Positions 57,982-64,000 of a stretch of DNA of 64,000 nucleotides are shown in pieces. The position numbers and the translations under genes were made by a program. Under the pieces are notes generated by a model. The model ran no database searches, was not told the origin of the DNA, and saw only the letters and a program-made list of their open reading frames with translations. Numbering within the stretch: position 1 is the first letter of the stretch; each line of letters starts with the position of its first letter. Source of the DNA: an uncultured delta proteobacterium (lineage in GTDB: Bacteria; Bdellovibrionota; FAC87; UBA2466); contig CAVZSV010000004.1 in assembly GCA_963778115.1 (NCBI GenBank), positions 2,496,001-2,560,000 on the forward strand, read 5' to 3'.

Positions 57982-59073
57982 TTGCAGTTTGATCTTAATT
58001 ACATAGAGCGGCTTGAAAGACTACCCGAGCCGGAAACGCTGGATCGGATACGCGCTTTACGCCGAACGTGGGGAAAAGAGATATGTCTTTTGGCCCATCT
58101 TTACCAAAGAAAGATGATTTTAGACCTCGCCGATTACGTAGGCGATTCTTACGGCCTCTCCCAGTCAGCCGCTAAATCCCAAGGGGGGCGCTACATCGTC
58201 TTTTGCGGAGTGAGATTTATGGCGGAGAGCGCTGCGATCTTGGCCCGCCCCGAGCAAAAGGTAATCCACCCCGATCCTGAAGCGGGATGTCCCATGGCGG
58301 ACATGGCCTCTTTGCCCGAAGTGAACCGGGCTTGGAACGCTTTGCAAAACGATCAGAAGTTAATTCCTATTACTTACATGAACAGTACTGCGGAGATAAA
58401 GGCCTTCTGCGGAAGTCGAGAAGGGATCATTTGCACGTCGAGTAATGCCACTAGGACTTTTGAATGGGCCTTTGCTCGTGGCAAGCGGGTATTTTTTCTC
58501 CCCGACGAACACTTGGGACGCAATACGGCCTTAAAGTATGGCGTCTGTGCCGATCAAATTGCAGTATGGGATCCTGAGAAGGCAGACGGGGGGAGTCCCG
58601 GATCTTATAGCCAAGCTAAAGTAATTTTATGGCGAGGATATTGCCCCGTTCATCTGAAATTCACCGTAAGAGATGTCGAGCATGTCAGGCGCTTTTATCC
58701 CAAAGCGAAAGTGGTCGTTCACCCCGAATGCCCGTCAGACGTCGTGTCTCAAGCTGATGCCGTGGGAAGTACCGAGTACATTCGACAGTACGTCGCTGCG
58801 ACCAATCCCGGAGACCATATCGTTATAGGGACGGAAATTAATCTGGTGAACCATCTCGCCTCCCAATACCCGGATCGCAAGATCGATAAACTTCACCGTT
58901 CCCTTTGTTTGACGATGTACCAGATTACCTTGGGAAGATTGCTGTATTCTCTGGAGAATCTCGAAGAGTTTGAGACAGTGTCGGTTTCCCATGAGACTTC
59001 ACATTTTGCGAAAGTGGCTCTCGATCGAATGCTTTCTTTAGCGCCGTTGCCAAATATTCATAAAATGCATTGA
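57982..59073 (+). CDS. nadA: Quinolinate synthase
   Basis: LAHLYQR, VFCGVRFMAES, AGCPMAD, CTSSNA, GYCPVH, HPEC, GTEINL. Confidence 0.95.
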   Translation: MQFDLNYIERLERLPEPETLDRIRALRRTWGKEICLLAHLYQRKMILDLADYVGDSYGLSQSAAKSQGGRYIVFCGVRFMAESAAILARPEQKVIHPDPEAGCPMADMASLPEVNRAWNALQNDQKLIPITYMNSTAEIKAFCGSREGIICTSSNATRTFEWAFARGKRVFFLPDEHLGRNTALKYGVCADQIAVWDPEKADGGSPGSYSQAKVILWRGYCPVHLKFTVRDVEHVRRFYPKAKVVVHPECPSDVVSQADAVGSTEYIRQYVAATNPGDHIVIGTEINLVNHLASQYPDRKIDKLHRSLCLTMYQITLGRLLYSLENLEEFETVSVSHETSHFAKVALDRMLSLAPLPNIHKMH

Positions 59074-59227
59074 GTTGGCCCAGAGGGATCTCGCTTTCGA
59101 GCTTGTGTCTATCGTTTGTGCATCAATTACTATCCGCTTTCCAAGGGTTAAGCATTCTGCCCCTTTCGTCGTCTTTTTCTTGTGCAAATGTTAGTCCGCT
59201 AACGTGTGGGAAAACGCTTTAGTAATT

Positions 59228-59243
59228 TGGCAAAGCTTATGCA
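59228..59243 (+). promoter_or_regulatory. Putative sigma54 promoter
   Basis: TGGCAAAGCTTATGCA (GG-N10-GC). Confidence 0.55.
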
Positions 59244-59293
59244 TTTTAAATCAGCAGGGGTTAGTAGGCTTGCAACGAGATAAAGGGGGGTTC

Positions 59294-60169
59294 ATGAAAG
59301 GTTCCATTCCATTCCGCATTCCCATTGAATCATTTATTGTCTTAGGTGAAGAAGACTACGGAAGTCGCTATCGTCTTGTCTATTTCGATCCGAAAGGACG
59401 ACGACAAGAGGCTTTCGTTAAGAAATCCATCTTCGAAACCGCTTTAGGAAAACTCGACGGTTCTATCAAATCCATCGCGCGTAGTAGCGGCGGAATTGTT
59501 CCGGCTCAGCCCTACCAAATGGTGCTCTACCATTGTATGTCCGACAGTGTCGGCACGGGTCCTGAGCTTCGGATTAAAGTGAGGTTCAAAGACTTTCTTC
59601 GCAACGAAGGCGAAAAGACCACGTCGGGCGGCATCGTCACCGTTACCAAGAACGTACTTCCCGAAGAGGTCTTGGATCCGGTGAAATATGACATCAAAAA
59701 CAATCAGAAATTTTTGATCGATTTTGGACAAGGAGCCATTCCGATCACCGTGTTTAGTTTCCTCTCTGAACCTGGCGGGGATAGCGTCGCCCTCTTTGTC
59801 GAATCGGATGCCGTCGAGCGATCCATTCGCGAACGACAGGGCAGTCGGGTTCTGACTCACCGTTATCGCGTTCCCCGAGATGTCATTCGAGTGGTTCGCG
59901 ATACCCATAGCGGAGAGTTTGAAGCGGCTAAGGCCAATTACGAAAGAATTAAGAAACTTCGACAGACGGTGGTTCCAACCGCGTTGCAAACGGGACCCAC
60001 GGTCGATATTCCCACCGGCTTTTCTTTTCAAGCCGTGGGCGAGTTTCTAAGGCGCTCCATGCATCGTTGGAATCGCGAAGATGACGATCAGCATACGGCC
60101 GCGGGAAGTGAACTCCGCGACGACGGCTGCGTCACTTCTGACTTCTTAATGTATATGGAGCCAGCGTAA
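59294..60169 (+). CDS. Hypothetical protein
   Basis: ORF with AAGGGGGG RBS and a downstream terminator; no family recognised. Confidence 0.6.
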   Translation: MKGSIPFRIPIESFIVLGEEDYGSRYRLVYFDPKGRRQEAFVKKSIFETALGKLDGSIKSIARSSGGIVPAQPYQMVLYHCMSDSVGTGPELRIKVRFKDFLRNEGEKTTSGGIVTVTKNVLPEEVLDPVKYDIKNNQKFLIDFGQGAIPITVFSFLSEPGGDSVALFVESDAVERSIRERQGSRVLTHRYRVPRDVIRVVRDTHSGEFEAAKANYERIKKLRQTVVPTALQTGPTVDIPTGFSFQAVGEFLRRSMHRWNREDDDQHTAAGSELRDDGCVTSDFLMYMEPA

Positions 60170-60204
60170 GTAGGATTCTAGTTCTTCCTAAGGACAATGC
60201 GGGC

Positions 60205-60241
60205 AAAAGGGCGGGGTGATGTTTTTCATCCCGCCCTTTTT
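60205..60241 (+). terminator. Rho-independent terminator
   Basis: AAAAGGGCGGGGTGA/TCATCCCGCCCTTTTT stem with T-run. Confidence 0.85.
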
Positions 60242-60471
60242 GTCGTTTTTAGTGTACTAGTCTTTGGCGGGCAGAACAGGGGAATGACGCCCTACCATAG
60301 TGATGTGAGGACGCCGCATCCTTTCTTGCCGTCAGGGACAATGAATTCAAAAAACTAGCGAAGTTGACGCCACTCGTCTTTAACGGTACCCGTACGGAAG
60401 CCTTTGGGAGGGCCCCTTTAAGGGAATGAGCCTGAGGAAGTATTAGTAGTTAATTAGACAGAGGTTCGCAA

Positions 60472-61488
60472 ATGCCGGGAGTTGTGATTAACGGGGTCGC
60501 CAAGAGTTTCGGGACAACGGCGGTTCTCCACCGCGTGGATCTTTCCATCGCTCCCGGCGAATTCATGGTTTTAGTCGGCCCTTCAGGTTGCGGAAAAAGT
60601 ACTCTCTTGCGATTGGTAGCCGGCCTTGAAGAGGTCACCAACGGAACGATCGAGATCGCGGGCAAAGTCGTCAACAAGACTAGCCCCAAAGAACGCGGCG
60701 TTGCGATGGTATTTCAGAACTATGCACTCTACCCGCACATGACCGTGTTCGATAATATGGCGTTCGCTTTGAAGTTAGCCCACCTTCCTGTTGCCGAAAT
60801 TGAAAAACGGGTGAACGCCGCAGCGGAAACTCTGGGTTTGATAGAGCATCTTACCAAGAAACCGGGACAACTCTCGGGTGGTCAAAAACAGCGAGTGGCG
60901 ATGGGGCGTGCCATGGTTCGTGAGCCAGCCGTCTTTCTTTTTGATGAACCATTGTCGAATCTAGACGCTCAACTCCGGGTAAAAATGCGCGCTGAGATCT
61001 CAATGCTTCACCGGCGTTACCAAACGACAGCCATTTACGTGACGCACGACCAGGTGGAAGCCATGACGCTAGCGGATCGAATCGCGGTCATGCACAAAGG
61101 AAAACTTGAGCAGGTCGGAAAGCCCTTAGAAGTTTACAACAATCCCAAAACGAAATTTGTGGCTTCTTTTATCGGAACACCTTCTATGAATTTTGTCCCG
61201 GTTTCGCAAGTTCCCTCTCTAAGGACTCCCGCGAAAGCCTTTCATGTTGGATTTCGTCCGGAAAATACGCGGTTGGGGGAATTGCCCGGCCATTTTGGGA
61301 TGGGGCAGGGGAAGGTGACGCTCGTCGAACCCTTGGGTAGTGTCACTCACGTCCACGTTCAACTGGGGAAGCAATCCGTCATTTCGGAGATTAAGGACGG
61401 GACTATTCCGCCTTTCGATCAGCAGCTTTCCATCTCGGTAGATGAAAGGGCTATCTTTTTCTTTGACGAGCAGGGCGTGCGGCTGTGA
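60472..61488 (+). CDS. ugpC: Carbohydrate ABC transporter ATPase (UgpC/MalK)
   Basis: GPSGCGKS, FQNYALYPH, LSGGQKQR, FLFDEPLSNLD. Confidence 0.92.
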   Translation: MPGVVINGVAKSFGTTAVLHRVDLSIAPGEFMVLVGPSGCGKSTLLRLVAGLEEVTNGTIEIAGKVVNKTSPKERGVAMVFQNYALYPHMTVFDNMAFALKLAHLPVAEIEKRVNAAAETLGLIEHLTKKPGQLSGGQKQRVAMGRAMVREPAVFLFDEPLSNLDAQLRVKMRAEISMLHRRYQTTAIYVTHDQVEAMTLADRIAVMHKGKLEQVGKPLEVYNNPKTKFVASFIGTPSMNFVPVSQVPSLRTPAKAFHVGFRPENTRLGELPGHFGMGQGKVTLVEPLGSVTHVHVQLGKQSVISEIKDGTIPPFDQQLSISVDERAIFFFDEQGVRL

Positions 61489-62354
61489 GGGCACGACCGA
61501 TGCTTGCTTGGCTGCTGCTTTTTCCCACCCTCTTGGGGTTGGGAGTATTTGTCATCTATCCTGCAATCAATTCGGTCTACTTGAGTCTTTACGAAGTGGA
61601 ACCATTCTCGGGAAAGACGGCCTTCGTGGGGCTAGAGAACTACCGCGACCTTTTCGCATCGGCCAGTTATTGGAATACGATCCGAATTACGCTATGGTTT
61701 ACGCTTCTCACCGTCCTCCCCTCGATCCTATTGAGTCTCGTGGCCGCTCTGGCTCTGGATTCTAATCCGTACTGTCGCGGACTACTACGAACCATCTTCT
61801 TGCTCCCCGTGGCCATCTCTTCCGCCATGGCAGCGATGCTTTGGATCTTTATCTACAATCCCACGGCCGGTTACCTTAATTATATCGTTGATAGTTTAGG
61901 AGGGACGGGCCCCAATTGGTTAGGAGATCCCAGGTGGGCGCTATTGGGAGTGGCGATTGCCACCGTATGGAAAGAGATTGGCTTTAACGTCATCTTTTTT
62001 CTCGCTGGACTAAGCTCCGTTCCCCTGGAGCTCAGAGAGGCAGCGATGATGGATGGCGCGAACCGTTTTCAAAGGTTTCGTCATGTAGTCTTGCCGGTGC
62101 TCTCCCCCACTCTTTTCTTCGTAACGATCGTGTCGGTCATTAACTCCTTACAGAGTTTCGGTCAGATCCATATTTTAACCGGTGGGGGACCTGCAGGCGA
62201 AACGACTACCTTAGTCTACAAACTCTATCGAGACGGCTTTGAGTACTTTAGAACGGGATACGCTTCCGCCCAAGCCGTGGGACTTTTCGTACTTATTTTA
62301 GTGGCAACCGGCATTCAATTTCGCCTGGCGGGACGAAAGGTGCACTATGGATGA
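61485..62354 (+). CDS. ugpA: Carbohydrate ABC permease (UgpA-like)
   Basis: FVGLENY, EAAMMDGA EAA loop, TM segments. Confidence 0.85.
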   Translation: MRARPMLAWLLLFPTLLGLGVFVIYPAINSVYLSLYEVEPFSGKTAFVGLENYRDLFASASYWNTIRITLWFTLLTVLPSILLSLVAALALDSNPYCRGLLRTIFLLPVAISSAMAAMLWIFIYNPTAGYLNYIVDSLGGTGPNWLGDPRWALLGVAIATVWKEIGFNVIFFLAGLSSVPLELREAAMMDGANRFQRFRHVVLPVLSPTLFFVTIVSVINSLQSFGQIHILTGGGPAGETTTLVYKLYRDGFEYFRTGYASAQAVGLFVLILVATGIQFRLAGRKVHYG

Positions 62355-62360
62355 TCGAAG

Positions 62361-63227
62361 TTGGCGAAAAACGGTAAGGCGTTGAGAATAATGGACCACT
62401 CGACTGAAATTAAGCGGACTCGATGGCTTGCCACGGGCGTGCTATTTCTACCGGCCCTCATCCAGTTCTTCCCCTTATTCTACTTACTTTGTATCTCCTT
62501 CAAAGTCGGCGGAGAGGTGATCCAATATCCACCCACGTTGCTGCCCCGTACGTTAAATCCTGTCAATTATCAAACGGCTTGGAATTCGGCTCCGCTGTGG
62601 CGATTTTTGGTAAATTCGGTGGTGGTAGCCAGTCTGATTACGCTGTTGCAAGTATTTACTTCCATCTTGGCGGCATACGCTTTGGCTCGGTTGGATTTTA
62701 GAGGTAAGAAATTCATGTTCGTTTTAATTGTTGCTACCATGATGGTTCCTGGTGAAGTTACCATTATCCCCAACTATTTCACTTTAGCGCGTTTGGATTG
62801 GATCAATACCTTTTACGCTCTGATTGTTCCCTTTTCTGCTTCGGGATTTGGAATTTTTTTGCTGTACCAATTTTTCCGCACTCTTCCTAAAGAGTTGGAA
62901 GAGGCCGCTCTGATGGACGGGGCATCTCGCGTCAGATTTCTTTTTCAGTTTGTAGTCCCCCTTTCGAAACCAGCGATTACCGCTTTCGCTATTTATGCTT
63001 TTGTCGGAGCCTGGAATCAGTATTTGTGGCCGCTTATCGTGACCCAATCGACGGATATGCAAACTGCTCAGATCGGAATTGGCATGTTTCGCTCGCAGAA
63101 TGAATCAAGCAGTTGGGGTGTCATTATGGCAGCGACAGCGATTTTAGTGGCGCCGACTATTATTTTGTTTATCGCCACTCAGAAGCAGTTCGTTCGAGGT
63201 ATCACCATGAGTGGATTAAAGGGGTAG
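62361..63227 (+). CDS. ugpE: Carbohydrate ABC permease (UgpE-like)
   Basis: AAYALAR, EEAALMDGA, WNQYLWP, QKQFVRG. Confidence 0.85.
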   Translation: MAKNGKALRIMDHSTEIKRTRWLATGVLFLPALIQFFPLFYLLCISFKVGGEVIQYPPTLLPRTLNPVNYQTAWNSAPLWRFLVNSVVVASLITLLQVFTSILAAYALARLDFRGKKFMFVLIVATMMVPGEVTIIPNYFTLARLDWINTFYALIVPFSASGFGIFLLYQFFRTLPKELEEAALMDGASRVRFLFQFVVPLSKPAITAFAIYAFVGAWNQYLWPLIVTQSTDMQTAQIGIGMFRSQNESSSWGVIMAATAILVAPTIILFIATQKQFVRGITMSGLKG

Positions 63228-63232
63228 CTCTT

Positions 63233-64000
63233 TTGCGATTCTTATTTCTTATTGTATTGCTAGTTTTGGGGACACCGATCTCAGCTCAGCCACTTCGCTT
63301 GGAATTTTGGCATTCCATGACTAGCGACAAAGGGGCATTGACCCTTGCTCTCGTAAAGGAATTCAATGAACTCACGAGCCACAAAGGAAAGATCGAAGTC
63401 ATACCTCAATTCGTGGGGACTTACGAAGAGGGCCTTAACAAGTTACGTACCGCATTATTAGCGAAACGTGGGCCTCACATCGCTCAGATTACCGATATAG
63501 GAACTCAAGTCATGATCGACTCGGGCCGGATTCGGCCTCTTGACGATTTTAGCAAGCAGGATCCTCAATTTCCCTTTGCACAACTTCTTTCTCCGATTCG
63601 AAGATATTACGAAGTTCAGGGGCGGCTTTACTCTCTTCCTTTTGCGACTTCGACTCCAGTAGTCTATTACAACGAAGATTTGTTTCACAAAGCAGGGATC
63701 ACCCGCGCTCCGGAAACGTTTGCCGAGTTAGAAGCAATCTCTCGTAAATTGACCAACCCAGCACAGCGAACGAGTGGCATCACCTGGCCTCTCCACAGTT
63801 GGTTCTTTGAACAATTTCTGGCGCGTCAGGGTAAGGACCTCGTCAACCAGGGAAATGGGCGTGAAGGGCGCGCGACCGAAGTAAATTTCACGGTTCCTGA
63901 AGCCCTAGACTTTGTAAATTTGTGGGCTTCGATGGCCAAAGAGGGGACCTTTGCCAATGTGGGGAGAGGTTGGGATCCCGCCGAGCAGAACTTCTTGGCG
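63233..64000 (+). CDS. ugpB: ABC substrate-binding protein (UgpB-like), runs off window
   Basis: Not in ORF track. TTG at 63233 gives MRFLFLIVLLVLGTPISAQPLRLEFWHSM…GTYEE…YSLPFATSTPVVYYNEDLF. Confidence 0.85.
   Translation, partial: MRFLFLIVLLVLGTPISAQPLRLEFWHSMTSDKGALTLALVKEFNELTSHKGKIEVIPQFVGTYEEGLNKLRTALLAKRGPHIAQITDIGTQVMIDSGRIRPLDDFSKQDPQFPFAQLLSPIRRYYEVQGRLYSLPFATSTPVVYYNEDLFHKAGITRAPETFAELEAISRKLTNPAQRTSGITWPLHSWFFEQFLARQGKDLVNQGNGREGRATEVNFTVPEALDFVNLWASMAKEGTFANVGRGWDPAEQNFLA

Noticed and set aside
60250..60470. Riboswitch or ncRNA upstream of the ugp-like operon
   Set aside because: Some stem potential but no motif I recognise; an Rfam/Infernal scan would be needed

Overview
Bacterial chromosomal window of about 50% GC. 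Many orphan secreted proteins and sigma54-type promoters suggest a Bdellovibrionota/deltaproteobacterium-like organism (inference only). 1-19.4 kb is a mosaic surface-glycan/NDP-sugar locus: DegT aminotransferase, orphan acylating acetaldehyde dehydrogenase, two Gfo/Idh/MocA oxidoreductases, transaldolase, two GmhA-like isomerases, HddA-like kinase, GmhB-like phosphatase, cytidylyltransferase-PfkB fusion, TPP E1 alpha/beta pair, SDR, epimerase and two GT2s. 19.7-26.2 kb holds lipoproteins, an OM beta-barrel with a Pro-rich tail and an M16 peptidase pair. These are followed by an IS1111-type remnant that splits a REP-like palindrome, then hisN, yhaM and gap-pgk-tpiA-secG-tRNA-Leu. Next come accessory genes, a poly-HAMP hybrid kinase with a partner kinase, and an MFS transporter. 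tRNA-Val(CAC) is preceded by a 112-bp tandem repeat that carries the tRNA's own 5' end. Orphan genes with REP-like palindromes, TetR, GNAT, nadA and a ugp-like ABC operon close the window. Best leads are the tRNA-Val 5' repeat array, a possible octose/branched-sugar pathway, the barrel-M16 operon and a sigma54 regulon of orphan secreted proteins. All calls come from reading the sequence by eye; no database searches were run.
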